64,000 nt of DNA from the NCBI GenBank assembly GCA_026390635.1, contig JAPLFO010000143.1:1890-65889 (forward strand), in the 5' to 3' direction. Origin of the DNA: Ignavibacteriales bacterium. Lineage in GTDB: Bacteria; Bacteroidota; Ignavibacteria; UBA10030; UBA8401. Below, piece after piece: positions 36,841 to 45,985 of this stretch (within the stretch, counting starts at the first letter, position 1; each line of letters starts with the position of its first letter). The notes beneath the pieces were generated by a model. The model searched no databases. It saw nothing but the letters and a program-made list of their open reading frames with translations, and was not told the origin of the DNA. Made by a program: the position numbers and the translations under genes.

Positions 36841-37887
36841 CTAGCCGCCGCCAAACCGTTTCATGAGCTTCTGCCGGATATAGAACTCTGCGACGGCATT
36901 CAATGCAAACGTAAAAATAAAAAGCAGCGCCCCAATCAGGAAGAGCACGCTGTAGTGTGTTTCGCCGAACACCACTTCCGCCATCTCGGCTCCAATGGTG
37001 GCGGACATCGTGCGGATTGGTTCGAAAGGATTCAGAGACATGAACGGTGCATTTCCTGTTGCCATCAGGACGATCATGGTTTCTCCAAATGCCCTGCCGA
37101 CACCAAGCAGCACCGCAGCAAAAACACCGGGAGTAGCAGCCGGAAGCACAACAAGTAAGGCTGTCTGCCATTTTGTTGCTCCCATGGCAAGGCTCGCCTC
37201 GGTGTACGCCTTGGGCACGGTGGTCAATGCGTCCTCAGCAATGGTGTAGATGATCGGAATGACGGCGATGGAGAGCGCTGCGCCGCCGACAAATGCATTA
37301 AGTCTATACTGATAGCCGAAAAAATTCTGTGACCAGGATGCGAGCACGATCAACGCAAAGAAGCCGATGACAACCGACGGAAAACCGGCAAGAAGTTCAA
37401 TAGAGGGTTTAAGGATCTCCTTTGCCCACCGCGGAGCAAACGATGCGGTAAAGAGCGCTGCCAGAATCGCCAGCGGGCTGGCAATCAACACGGCGATCAG
37501 CGACACCTTCATACTTCCCCAGAAGAGCGGCAACAAGCCGTACTTCGGATGCAGCGAGATGGGTTGCCATTCCTTCCCCGCAAAGTTGTTTAACGTCGGA
37601 GAACGGTCGCCGCCGGCAGCGTTCTCCCTCGATCCCGTGCCCGTAGTTGTCGTGGCACTCGGAGAATCGTCACCATAGGTTTCCTGCACTTCAGTGGTTT
37701 GAACGGCGGAGGGTTTGTCTGAAAAAGAGAAGATCGGCAGCGCCTCTCTGAATACGAAGACAAATATTAATATGATAAAAGCAAAAGAGAGAAAAGAGAC
37801 GAGCGTAATTATTTTTTCAGAAAGGAATTCGCTCCAGCGAAACTTCTTCCGGAGCGATAAAGCGGGTTTGTCGGATATTGTTTTCAC
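36841..37887 (-). CDS. pstC: Phosphate ABC transporter permease PstC
   Basis: Polytopic, with EASLAMGATKWQTALLVVLP. Confidence 0.85.
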   Translation of the reverse strand: MKTISDKPALSLRKKFRWSEFLSEKIITLVSFLSFAFIILIFVFVFREALPIFSFSDKPSAVQTTEVQETYGDDSPSATTTTGTGSRENAAGGDRSPTLNNFAGKEWQPISLHPKYGLLPLFWGSMKVSLIAVLIASPLAILAALFTASFAPRWAKEILKPSIELLAGFPSVVIGFFALIVLASWSQNFFGYQYRLNAFVGGAALSIAVIPIIYTIAEDALTTVPKAYTEASLAMGATKWQTALLVVLPAATPGVFAAVLLGVGRAFGETMIVLMATGNAPFMSLNPFEPIRTMSATIGAEMAEVVFGETHYSVLFLIGALLFIFTFALNAVAEFYIRQKLMKRFGGG

Positions 37888-37974
37888 GCCCGTAATATAC
37901 GGATTTACTGTTAATCGTTGTTTACCATTGTATTAAGAAAATGTTAAGAGGGATGCGGGAATACCAAAACAAAA

Positions 37975-38003
37975 AGTCCCGCGCCCCCCCGGGCAACGGG
38001 ACT
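37975..38003 (-). terminator. Intrinsic terminator/attenuator after pstS
   Basis: Minus strand reads AAGUCCCG-loop-CGGGACUU followed by UUUGUUUUGG. Lies between the pstS stop (38024) and the pstC start (37887). Confidence 0.5.
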
Positions 38004-38023
38004 TCAAAAAGAGAAAAATGGGA

Positions 38024-38848
38024 CTACTTTATCGGGAAATAGCCCACCTTTGTAACAAGGTCCTGACCTTCCGAACTAAGAATCCAATCGATATAGGCCT
38101 TCATCGCACCGGTCGGCCTGCTGCGGAGGTACATATAGAGATACCGTGTTATCGGGTAGGTGTCGTCTTTGACGGTCTGCGCATTGGGTTCGTATGCCTT
38201 GCTGTTGTTATCCTTTTTGACAGCCGCCATACGGATGCCTTTTGCGTATGCAGCGCCGCCATATCCGATTCCCAGTTTGTCCTTGGCAACCGCATTGACG
38301 ACAGCGGCTGTTCCGGGAAGTGTCTGTACGGAAGCCGCAAAATCCTGTCCGCCAAGCACGAAGTCGCGGAAGTAAACATAGGTTCCAGAGCTGTTCTCGC
38401 GGCCGTAGGTTATGATTTTCGCATCCGGACCACCGAGAGCTTTCCAATTTGTGATTTGTCCCGTGTAGCTTCCCTTCAGCTGTGCGTGCGATAATTCCCT
38501 GACGGGGCATGCGTCGTTTAAGTAGACGGATAATCCGTCTTTTGCTGTCTTCACTTCCACGCCAAGTGAGTTGAAACGTTGTTTCAGTTTTTCACGCTCC
38601 GAGCCCTTAATGGGACGTGAAGAGTTTGCAATATCCGTTGCGCCGTTGATGAGAGCCGACAATCCAACACCGGAACCGCCGCCGGTGACCTGAATAGTGA
38701 CATCCGGATGGGCTTCCATATATTTTTCCGCCCAGCGCTGGGCAAGAATGACCATGGTGTCCGATCCCTTGACGGTGATTGTTTCTTTCTCTCCGGCAAA
38801 TGCAACCATCGCAAGCAATCCGAGGAGCATGATAATGGTTCGTTTCAT
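38024..38848 (-). CDS. pstS: Phosphate-binding protein PstS
   Basis: Signal peptide, then ITVKGSDTMVILAQRWAE...VTGGGSGVGLSALINGATDIANSSR, a PBP-like phosphate-binding pattern. Confidence 0.85.
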   Translation of the reverse strand: MKRTIIMLLGLLAMVAFAGEKETITVKGSDTMVILAQRWAEKYMEAHPDVTIQVTGGGSGVGLSALINGATDIANSSRPIKGSEREKLKQRFNSLGVEVKTAKDGLSVYLNDACPVRELSHAQLKGSYTGQITNWKALGGPDAKIITYGRENSSGTYVYFRDFVLGGQDFAASVQTLPGTAAVVNAVAKDKLGIGYGGAAYAKGIRMAAVKKDNNSKAYEPNAQTVKDDTYPITRYLYMYLRSRPTGAMKAYIDWILSSEGQDLVTKVGYFPIK

Positions 38849-38898
38849 CTTTTGTTCTCCGTAGTAATTTGAATGACTGTAATCGTTGCCAAGCGTTA

Positions 38899-40227
38899 TT
38901 AGAACTTGTACTGCACACGCAGCGTCATGACGTTATCTTTAAGATCGACGGCATAGGGCTTCAAAGATGCCGCTGTGACTGTGGAAGGCACTTTTTCGTT
39001 GGAGACCATGTCATAATAGAGTGTGAACTTCACATTGCCGTCCCAGTGATAGATCCATCCGAGTCCAAGAGTCGTGAACTTAATGTCCCCGGGAGTAAAA
39101 TTCGAGCCGTTGTTCAGAGCATCGGTTGATGCGATGTCCGTATTGGGATCAAATTCATCATATTTGAGCACGAATTGATTCTTATCGCCGACATTCTGGA
39201 CATAGTTAATGTAGTAACCCATGAAGTTTCTGCGATACATATTGCCCGCTGCATTGTAAAACGTATTCGCTGTCTGCCAGTTTGCATTATTGGAGCCCGG
39301 CTGTTCACCGGTAATAACTTCACCGCGCAGCGACATGCCGCCGATGATCGGAAGATCATAATACAACTGCACATCTGCACCCATGTAGGTGCGATCGAAA
39401 TATTTTCCCAGTGTCAACGTCGTTGTCGAATCGATTGAGTAGGCTTTGCCCGACTGTTTATAGATACGATTGCCTTTGCCGACGTTTACTTGACCGGAAT
39501 ATACCGAAATTCCGCCATCAATTTCAAAATTCTGTTCGCTGAAGGGAAGCGTAGCGCCGAGCCGGCCGATGAAATCTTTGAAATTGTCGTTCTCTACAAT
39601 GTTTTCACGAGTGCCGTTGAAAAGGCCACCCTTGAAATTCAGGAAGTTCAGCGGACCGGATTCGGTGGCGTATTCGATTTTTGCACCCATATCGCGTTCG
39701 CCGGGGAACAAGGTCTGATACATGCGTGTGCGTTCCGGCGCTTCGCGGCTCGAAGAGGAATAGGAAATTTCAAAACCAAACGGACGGTCGAACACGCCCG
39801 TGGTCAGCGAGAAGGCCTTCATCCAGGGCTCTTTCACCGTGATGTAGGCATCTTTGATCGCCAGGCCTGTTTGCGCAACGTCGATCTGCAACACATATTG
39901 GGTCAATACGTTGTCGTAAGTCAATTTCATGCGGCCGCGGCGAAGAAGAAATCTGGAATGAACACCGCTGGCGAAATTGCCGCCTGCGAAGGAAGGAGCT
40001 GCATCAGAATCAGCGACCTGGAATTGTTCCTGTAAGTATCCCGTGAATTTGATCTTTGCCAGAGCATCGAGCGTTGACTGCATCGCCGCCATCTGTTCAT
40101 TGATTCCGTCCACGGCACCCTTGACTTCCGCTATCTTTTCATCTGCGGTTCCTTTGGACTCCTCTTGTGCAAGCGCGAAGCCCGCGCAAAGCAACAGCAG
40201 CAATGCGGCAGTAATTGTTCTTTTCAT
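38899..40227 (-). CDS. Outer-membrane porin, phosphate-selective porin O/P-like
   Basis: Signal peptide and an N-terminal coiled segment, then a beta-strand-rich body ending ...MTLRVQYKF. Lies upstream of pstS. Confidence 0.65.
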   Translation of the reverse strand: MKRTITAALLLLLCAGFALAQEESKGTADEKIAEVKGAVDGINEQMAAMQSTLDALAKIKFTGYLQEQFQVADSDAAPSFAGGNFASGVHSRFLLRRGRMKLTYDNVLTQYVLQIDVAQTGLAIKDAYITVKEPWMKAFSLTTGVFDRPFGFEISYSSSSREAPERTRMYQTLFPGERDMGAKIEYATESGPLNFLNFKGGLFNGTRENIVENDNFKDFIGRLGATLPFSEQNFEIDGGISVYSGQVNVGKGNRIYKQSGKAYSIDSTTTLTLGKYFDRTYMGADVQLYYDLPIIGGMSLRGEVITGEQPGSNNANWQTANTFYNAAGNMYRRNFMGYYINYVQNVGDKNQFVLKYDEFDPNTDIASTDALNNGSNFTPGDIKFTTLGLGWIYHWDGNVKFTLYYDMVSNEKVPSTVTAASLKPYAVDLKDNVMTLRVQYKF

Positions 40228-40283
40228 TGTGTTCCTTTCTTGAAATGATAAATAGTATATATGAACTGTGATGTTTGAAGAAT

Positions 40284-40394
40284 TCAGAAGATCACACCAT
40301 GGGTCAGCGCGGCAAAGAGAAGATATGCTGCGATAATCATGATGCCGGAGATGGCAAATTGCCGGTTATCAATAGGTGCGTCCTGTTGTGTCAT
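40284..40394 (-). CDS. Small single-TM protein (36 aa) ahead of the porin-pst operon
   Basis: GGAGGA lies 6 nt upstream of the ATG at 40392-40394. Translation: MTQQDAPIDNRQFAISGIMIIAAYLLFAALTHGVIF. Below the ORF-track cut-off. Confidence 0.35.
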   Translation of the reverse strand: MTQQDAPIDNRQFAISGIMIIAAYLLFAALTHGVIF

Positions 40395-40445
40395 AGAATC
40401 CTCCATTGTTGTGTCCAAATATACTCCCCCCTTGTTAACTGGTAC

Positions 40446-40472
40446 TTAAGACCATATTAAGTTTCTGTTAAT
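40446..40472. promoter_or_regulatory. Three direct TTAAG/TTAAG/TTAAT repeats at exact 11-bp spacing in the divergent pho promoter region (candidate Pho box)
   Basis: TTAAGaccataTTAAGtttctgTTAAT at 40446, 40457 and 40468. Sits between the small ORF/porin operon and phoB. Confidence 0.3.
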
Positions 40473-40554
40473 TCGCCCTCTGGCGTCCGGAAGATATTGC
40501 AACACCAATGCGAATCGTTTATATTGACGGCAAGGAATAACAGGAGATATTCAG

Positions 40555-41238
40555 GTGGGACAAAAAAAGATTCTTATTGTTGATGATGAAAAAGACATTA
40601 TTGATCTCCTTTCGTACAATCTCACCAAGGAGGGATATACCGTCCTGACGGCGCGCAACGGGCTGCAGGCTCTGAAAATTGCCAAAGAAAAACCCGATAT
40701 CATCGTGCTTGATATCATGATGCCGGAGATGACCGGACTGCAGGTTATCCAGGAGCTGAAAAAGGAGAAGTCCACCGCATCGATTCCGGTGCTGCTGTTG
40801 ACTGCGAAGGGCTCGGAAACGGATGAGGTTGTCGGGTTGACCGTGGGCGCAGACGATTATATTACGAAGCCGGTTCGCATCAGTGTTCTCCTCGCTCGCG
40901 TGCAGGCCGCATTGCGTCGTTTGGAACAGACATCCGCGCCGGAATTCGAAACGATGCGTTTTGATGAACTTGAGATCAATCTCTCCAGCTATATGGTCAC
41001 ACTGGCTGGCAAAGCAATTGTCCTGGCCAAAAAAGAGTTCGAGCTTCTTGTTTTCCTGGCAAAGAATCGCGGCAGAGTCCTCTCGCGGGAAACAATATTG
41101 AATTCCGTGTGGGGTGCCGATGTCCACGTTGTGGATCGGACGATTGATGTCCATGTCCGGAAAGTGCGCGAGAAATTGGGAACATATGCGGATTTTATCG
41201 AGACGGTTCCGGGTATTGGATATCGTTTCAGGAGCTGA
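40555..41238 (+). CDS. phoB: OmpR/PhoB-family response regulator
   Basis: Receiver domain (ILIVDDE...DIIVLDIMMPEMTG...LTAKG) plus a winged-helix domain (LELLVFLAKNRGRVLSRETILNSVWG...VDVHVRKVREKL...GIGYRF). GTG start with AGGAG upstream. Confidence 0.8.
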   Translation: MGQKKILIVDDEKDIIDLLSYNLTKEGYTVLTARNGLQALKIAKEKPDIIVLDIMMPEMTGLQVIQELKKEKSTASIPVLLLTAKGSETDEVVGLTVGADDYITKPVRISVLLARVQAALRRLEQTSAPEFETMRFDELEINLSSYMVTLAGKAIVLAKKEFELLVFLAKNRGRVLSRETILNSVWGADVHVVDRTIDVHVRKVREKLGTYADFIETVPGIGYRFRS

Positions 41239-41241
41239 CAG

Positions 41242-42684
41242 ATGAAAAGAATCAGAACAAAGATCACTCTCACCTATGTTCTGCTGACGCTCTTCGTCGT
41301 CGTCAGCGTGGATATTCTCATCAGTGTGAATATTGAATCGTTTTTGAAGCAGAGAATTGTGAACGATCTGAACCGTCAGGCCGATGTGCTCTCCTATACG
41401 CTGCGGAAGGCGGCAGCACTCAGCCCGTCGGAACTGCATGCACAGATGAAAACGATCAGCGGATTGCAGCAGGTGCGCGTCACATTCATCGACGGTCAGG
41501 GCGCTGTGTTGCTGGATTCCGATGTGCCGTTCGAAGAAACTGCCGCGATCAAGAATCACCGCGATCGGCCGGAGATTCAACAGGCTGAGCGGACGGGGCT
41601 GGGTCAGGACGTGAGACTCAGTGCTACTCTTGATCGCCCGTTCCTGTATGTTGCAAAAAAAATTGCCGAGGTACAACTTCTCAATGGAGCGAGTGTTCGC
41701 TTCATCAGGCTCAGCGTTCCGCTGGAGGATGTTGAAGATCAGATGGGCCGGGCGCGATCCATTGTCATTATGATGGGATTGCTGGTTCTTCTGACAGTCA
41801 TTGCGGTCAGTCTGCTGCTTTCAAAACGGATTACCGGTCCCCTTGAAGATATTTCCGCAGGAGTGGAGCACATTCGTTCAGGGGATTTGGACAAACGGCT
41901 TGCGATAACGACTCGAGATGAAACCGGGCAGGTGGCCCGGGCGATCAACGAGCTGGTGGAGAAATTGCAGAAAGATATTGCGGAACGCAAGAAGCTGGAA
42001 CATGTGCGCAGTCAGTTTCTCGGAAATGTGTCACATGAACTCCGGACTCCGATTTTTGCGATACAGGGATTTCTGGAAACGCTCCTCGACGGCGCGATCA
42101 ACGATCCTTCCGTCAACAAAGTGTTCCTGGAAAGGGCCATGTCCAATCTTTCCCGGTTGAATGTGTTGTTGGAGGATCTTATCAATATTTCGCAGATCGA
42201 ATCCGGCGAATTGAAAATGAGCTTCCGGTTCTTCCGTTTGAATGAGTTTGTTGAATCGCTGGCGGCCAATCACATGACCGCGGCTGCAGAGCGGAATATC
42301 ACTCTCTCGATAACGCCAAAGACAACGCCGGACGACGAGCTGTTCGGAGATCGCAGTCGTCTTCAACAGGTGATGAATAACCTGATCATGAATGCCATCA
42401 ATTATAATAAGAACGGCGGAACGGTCCAGGTATCTGCAGAACGGACGGGCGAAGGAATTGAACTCAGTGTGCGGGACAGCGGTGTCGGCATTCCGCCGGA
42501 ACATCTGACCAGAATATTTGAACGGTTCTATCGTGTTGACAGCGATCGCTCACGCGAAATGGGAGGAACAGGTTTGGGGTTGGCGATCGTGAAACACATT
42601 ATCGAGGCGCATGGCGGCCGCATCACTGTTGAAAGCACCATTGGGGAAGGGACGGTTTTCAGAGTTACGTTGAAGTCAAATTAG
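41242..42684 (+). CDS. phoR: PhoR-like sensor histidine kinase
   Basis: TM-HAMP, then H box FLGNVSHELRTPI, N box NLIMNAINYN, and RDSGVGIP...GGTGLGLAIVKHI. Confidence 0.8.
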   Translation: MKRIRTKITLTYVLLTLFVVVSVDILISVNIESFLKQRIVNDLNRQADVLSYTLRKAAALSPSELHAQMKTISGLQQVRVTFIDGQGAVLLDSDVPFEETAAIKNHRDRPEIQQAERTGLGQDVRLSATLDRPFLYVAKKIAEVQLLNGASVRFIRLSVPLEDVEDQMGRARSIVIMMGLLVLLTVIAVSLLLSKRITGPLEDISAGVEHIRSGDLDKRLAITTRDETGQVARAINELVEKLQKDIAERKKLEHVRSQFLGNVSHELRTPIFAIQGFLETLLDGAINDPSVNKVFLERAMSNLSRLNVLLEDLINISQIESGELKMSFRFFRLNEFVESLAANHMTAAAERNITLSITPKTTPDDELFGDRSRLQQVMNNLIMNAINYNKNGGTVQVSAERTGEGIELSVRDSGVGIPPEHLTRIFERFYRVDSDRSREMGGTGLGLAIVKHIIEAHGGRITVESTIGEGTVFRVTLKSN

Positions 42685-42721
42685 AGACCCGGTCAAAGAG
42701 GGTTGCCGCAAAGAAACGCAG

Positions 42722-42757
42722 AAACGGCCTTGATCATCAAGGCCGTTTTCTTGTTTT
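42722..42757. terminator. Stem-loop terminator between phoR and tRNA-Leu
   Basis: AACGGCCTT-GATCATC-AAGGCCGTT followed by TTCTTGTTTT. Confidence 0.6.
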
Positions 42758-42770
42758 GCTGAGTATTTTG

Positions 42771-42857
42771 TGGTGCCGAAGAGGGGACTCGAACCCCTAC
42801 GCCCTTCCGGGAGCCAGCTCCTAAGGCTGGTGTGTCTGCCAATTCCACCACTTCGGC
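42771..42857 (-). tRNA. tRNA-Leu (anticodon TAG), CCA encoded
   Basis: Minus strand: GCCGAAG-TG-GTGGAATTGGCAGACAC-A-CCAGC-CTTAGGA-GCTGG-long variable arm-AGGGGTTCGAGTCCCCT-CTTCGGC-ACCA. Confidence 0.9.
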
Positions 42858-42876
42858 TGCGGTTTTAAGGGAAATA

Positions 42877-42910
42877 CTCTCGTTCCCAAGCTCCGCTTGG
42901 GAACGTTCAC
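42877..42910. repeat. CGTTCCCAAGC...GCTTGGGAACG palindromic repeat (simple form)
   Basis: ctctcgttcccaagctccgcttgggaacgttcac. The same arms occur at 44292 and 47352/47512. Confidence 0.75.
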
Positions 42911-43118
42911 TAGCTTGCACTTTTTCCCACGCAAGCGTACATTTTTCCAGTTTGCTTATTGCGCTAACAATGTACGACAGCAAATCTGCGATGTCAATAT
43001 GGGAAATAATGAGAAGATGTGGATAGAGAGCAGAATGGAATGGTTATAACCTCATTTCCAAACAGTACCTGGAATCGAAATAAACCATCCCTTCTCTTCG
43101 TCTGCGATTTTGTATCCC

Positions 43119-43814
43119 TCATTCAGGTCCCATCTCGACTTGAACTATTTCCGGATTGCCGATACGTCCTTCCTCTTCCTTCTTTGAATCTCTGAGGATC
43201 CAGAAAACAATTCCACTGATGAGTGCTGCAAAGAAACACCACACGGAAGTCAGATATTGGACATAGAATATCGCCGTCACCAGACAGGATACAAACATGA
43301 GCACACCCAGCGGGCGTGTTCTTTGAATACTCGAAATGAAAAGAGGCGTGACGGCGGCAATGAAGTAGATAACAAAAACTGGCACCGCCAGAGATTCGGA
43401 GAAATCACTGATGTACTGAATATGATGGCCTGCGATATTCGGTATGACGTTGAGAAACAACAGGCAATACACATAGTACAATGACACGGACAGACCCATC
43501 GCCAGCAGGACGGATAATATTTTCCTTCTTCTGTTGTTCTCCTCCATAAGGAGAACCGAGAGAGGCATCATCGTCGGCCAGATCACTCTGGCCAGTATGA
43601 GAAACATATGTGTGCTGATCTTTTGAACATCAGCATAGCCGGGATTTGTCAATGCCAGCCACAGAAATCCTTCGGATATCTGCTGCACTCCGAAGAACAA
43701 TGGAATAGTGGCAAACGCCGTCTGCGAGGGTGTCTGCACTTTCCTCAGAGCGGCAACACCGATGGAAGAAATAGCAATCCCTCCTGCAAAACTTGCCGTT
43801 GCTGAAAAGCACAT
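43119..43814 (-). CDS. Hypothetical polytopic membrane protein
   Basis: 231 aa with about 6 hydrophobic helices. No catalytic motif recognised. Confidence 0.5.
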   Translation of the reverse strand: MCFSATASFAGGIAISSIGVAALRKVQTPSQTAFATIPLFFGVQQISEGFLWLALTNPGYADVQKISTHMFLILARVIWPTMMPLSVLLMEENNRRRKILSVLLAMGLSVSLYYVYCLLFLNVIPNIAGHHIQYISDFSESLAVPVFVIYFIAAVTPLFISSIQRTRPLGVLMFVSCLVTAIFYVQYLTSVWCFFAALISGIVFWILRDSKKEEEGRIGNPEIVQVEMGPE

Positions 43815-43842
43815 ATCGTTTTTCTTTCTATTGTCTTGCCGT

Positions 43843-44244
43843 TTACTTTGAAGTAAGCGCAGCTGAAATCGACAACTTGTATCCGTCTGGATCCTTCAAC
43901 CGGAATAATCGAACGCCCCAGGGCATGTCGGCGGGCTCAGAGTCGAGTGTGCCGCCGTGTTCTTTGATGCGGGCGGCAATCTCGTCGACATTCTGATCCG
44001 TCGTAATCCGCAGCGAGAATCCTTCTCCTTTGATGCGGGTCCAGCCCTTCGCTCCGTCATCCTGATTGATCGAGATTCGCACTTCGCCGGCTGTCAATGC
44101 AGCCGATCGCAGTACACCCTCCCGCTCGATCTTGCGGTCAATTGTGAATCCCAGCACATCCTGATACCATGCAAGACTTTTGGCGATATCTTTGACTGTC
44201 AATGAGACTGCAACTATGGTTCCATGGAGTGATTGAGCATTCAT
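43843..44244 (-). CDS. VOC-family (glyoxalase/bleomycin-resistance fold) protein
   Basis: VSLTVKDIAKSLAWYQDVLGFTIDRK...FRLKDPDGYKL. Confidence 0.7.
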   Translation of the reverse strand: MNAQSLHGTIVAVSLTVKDIAKSLAWYQDVLGFTIDRKIEREGVLRSAALTAGEVRISINQDDGAKGWTRIKGEGFSLRITTDQNVDEIAARIKEHGGTLDSEPADMPWGVRLFRLKDPDGYKLSISAALTSK

Positions 44245-44291
44245 AAGAGATCCTTTCTATGATTGTTACCTGGTCAACGTTATCTTCTTTG

Positions 44292-44349
44292 CTCTCGTTC
44301 CCAAGTTTCCCGCCTGAACGACGAAGTTGGGCAGGCACTTGGAAGCGAG
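44292..44349. repeat. CGTTCCCAAG-family palindromic repeat (degenerate)
   Basis: ctctcgttcccaagt...acttggaagcgag. Confidence 0.6.
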
Positions 44350-44421
44350 ATGATTAAATACCAGTTCAACGTACCAAAAAACGGAGGGAAGCGCAAGAAT
44401 CGGTGTCTTTCCCGTACATCC

Positions 44422-44736
44422 TCAAAACGGCATCTCCGGAGCCGGCACGTCAAAATCCGGCATTATAATCTCCGTCTCATTTGATCCGCCGAGTTTCCCG
44501 TATTCCGCCAGCGCAGCTTGTGTCAATTCATTTTTTGATTCCTTCGGTATCAACACGCGATCCCAATATTTTGTTTTGTCCTTCCGGTCCTGATCGGACG
44601 GAACGCCGACGAAGAGTCCTTTCGCGCCTTCGGCGATTTTGAATCCCTTGATGATGATGCCTTCGTCCGTCACGACATCAAAATAGGCTTTGATCTTGGA
44701 AGAACCGGCGGAGCGGTTCATGGATTCGATGTGCAT
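44422..44736 (-). CDS. spoVG: SpoVG-family protein
   Basis: IKAYFDVVTDEGIIIKGFKIAEGAKGLFVGVPS...LTQAALAEYGKLG aligns by eye with B. subtilis SpoVG ([33 protein letters not shown]...AVLTEYHRLG). I chose the ATG at 44736 (AAAGAGG upstream). Confidence 0.7.
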   Translation of the reverse strand: MHIESMNRSAGSSKIKAYFDVVTDEGIIIKGFKIAEGAKGLFVGVPSDQDRKDKTKYWDRVLIPKESKNELTQAALAEYGKLGGSNETEIIMPDFDVPAPEMPF

Positions 44737-44970
44737 GAATGCCTCTTTCTGAATTTGGATGAATAGATTTGCAGTCGAACACACAGAAGACAATATTTCA
44801 CCCCTGCGGGGTTCTATGTGCGGGTTGGGCGTTTTCTGCTAAAAATTTGCCCCCCGGGGGGGCTTTTCGTGCGCCTCTCCCTGTTCGTCACATTCCCCCG
44901 CATGTAGACAGCATTGTCGCGTCTTCAGAACATCATTCTCGTTTCCAAGCAGCCTACGGCTCGTTTTACT

Positions 44971-45105
44971 CTCGGGGTTGTCCCAAAAGTCTATTTTGTC
45001 ATACTGAGCGAAGCGAAGTATCTCGTTTTTAAATTGAAAAGAGAGATTCTTCAGTCGCTTTGCTCCTTCAGAATGACAATATCCTTCTTTTGGGACAACC
45101 CCGAG
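44971..45105. repeat. Nested palindromic element (outer arms CTCGGGGTTGTCCCAAAAG, inner GTCATACTGAGCGAAGCGAAG-type arms)
   Basis: The 19-nt outer arms at 44971-44989 and 45087-45105 are perfect reverse complements. The inner arms at 44998-45019 and 45049-45078 are imperfect. Confidence 0.75.
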
Positions 45106-45139
45106 GTAGCTTCCGCTGGGAAGACATACCTTTTTTCGC

Positions 45140-45553
45140 TCACGCTGCAAGAACCCCGCCAAGCCGCTGCAGCAATTCCGACGCCATGCTATTCCCCTCT
45201 GCGGCGGCTTGCTCCAGATCGGACACACCCAGATCAAACAACTGGGGAATGCCATATTTCATCCTGGAAATTCCACGCAGACAGAGCGCTCTGTCATTTG
45301 CACCACAGGTCTTAATGAATCCGTCCGCATCCAGCAGGGCTTCGTGATACATACCGGCGCTGAGTTCTTCTTCCGCCCGTCGCAGAAGATCCACCGGAGA
45401 TTCTTCTTGTGTCCCGTTCATTTGCGCGGTATGGCTTTGTGTGTCGGATGCTTTCCTTACCCGTTTTGCGATGTTTGCGGATCGCGTTTTTTCTCTTCGG
45501 ATTGCTGTGTGTTCTGCCATTGCTCTCTCCTTTGCGTTGATGTCCGTGGTCAT
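45140..45553 (-). CDS. Hypothetical protein
   Basis: 137-aa ORF with no RBS and no recognised motif. Flanked by repeat elements. Confidence 0.3.
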   Translation of the reverse strand: MTTDINAKERAMAEHTAIRREKTRSANIAKRVRKASDTQSHTAQMNGTQEESPVDLLRRAEEELSAGMYHEALLDADGFIKTCGANDRALCLRGISRMKYGIPQLFDLGVSDLEQAAAEGNSMASELLQRLGGVLAA

Positions 45554-45705
45554 TTGATCTGTGTTAAAAATAGCATCGGCACGCTCCGGAAGCGTATCAT
45601 TCTATGATACTTTTCCTCTTGCAACTGGCGCAAAGCGGGGGTATTTTCGAGAATAGGAGTATGTGGCACGAAATGAAAAAGATTTGCCACGGTCCAGAGG
45701 ATCTC

Positions 45706-45775
45706 GAATGATGCCTCAGGCATCATTCGGAAGAACACAGAGCCCTTCGACTCACTTCGCTCACTCAGGGTGAAA
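45706..45775. repeat. Hairpin CGAATGATGCC-TCA-GGCATCATTCG plus GAACACAGAG and TTCGCTCACTCAGGGTGA half-sites
   Basis: An 11-bp perfect stem at 45706-45730, followed by fragments of two other repeat families. Confidence 0.55.
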
Positions 45776-45831
45776 AAAATGATGAGAACGCTGGGTAAAT
45801 TGTCATAGCAACCATGGGGCGCCAATCGACC

Positions 45832-45935
45832 TGTCATCCTGAGGCGCTGCGCAGCGGCGATGAAGGATCTATCCCGGGAAATTTTTACTTCATCGGATGG
45901 ATGCTTCGCGCTCCTTTGTCGCGCTCAGCATGACA
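45832..45935. repeat. Palindromic element TGTCATCCTGAGGCGC ... GCGCTCAGCATGACA
   Basis: Arms at 45832-45847 and 45921-45935. It generates the spurious N-terminal extension of ORF 45860. Confidence 0.7.
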
Positions 45936-45985
45936 ATGCAAACAAATCTGCACGTATTTGCGGCTGTCATAACGGGAACAGGCTT

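Noticed and set aside
40519-41676. 385-aa minus-strand ORF spanning the phoB/phoR region
   Set aside because: It is antisense to two ORFs with unambiguous response-regulator and histidine-kinase motifs. Its own translation is low-complexity (Q/H/R/I-rich) with no motif. Classic shadow ORF.
45860-45985. N-terminal extension of the WYL regulator. Similar extensions occur at 52878-52916, 55183-55233 and 19988-20035.
   Set aside because: The extra codons are translations of palindromic repeat units or start at TTG. The downstream ATGs match the expected protein N-termini.
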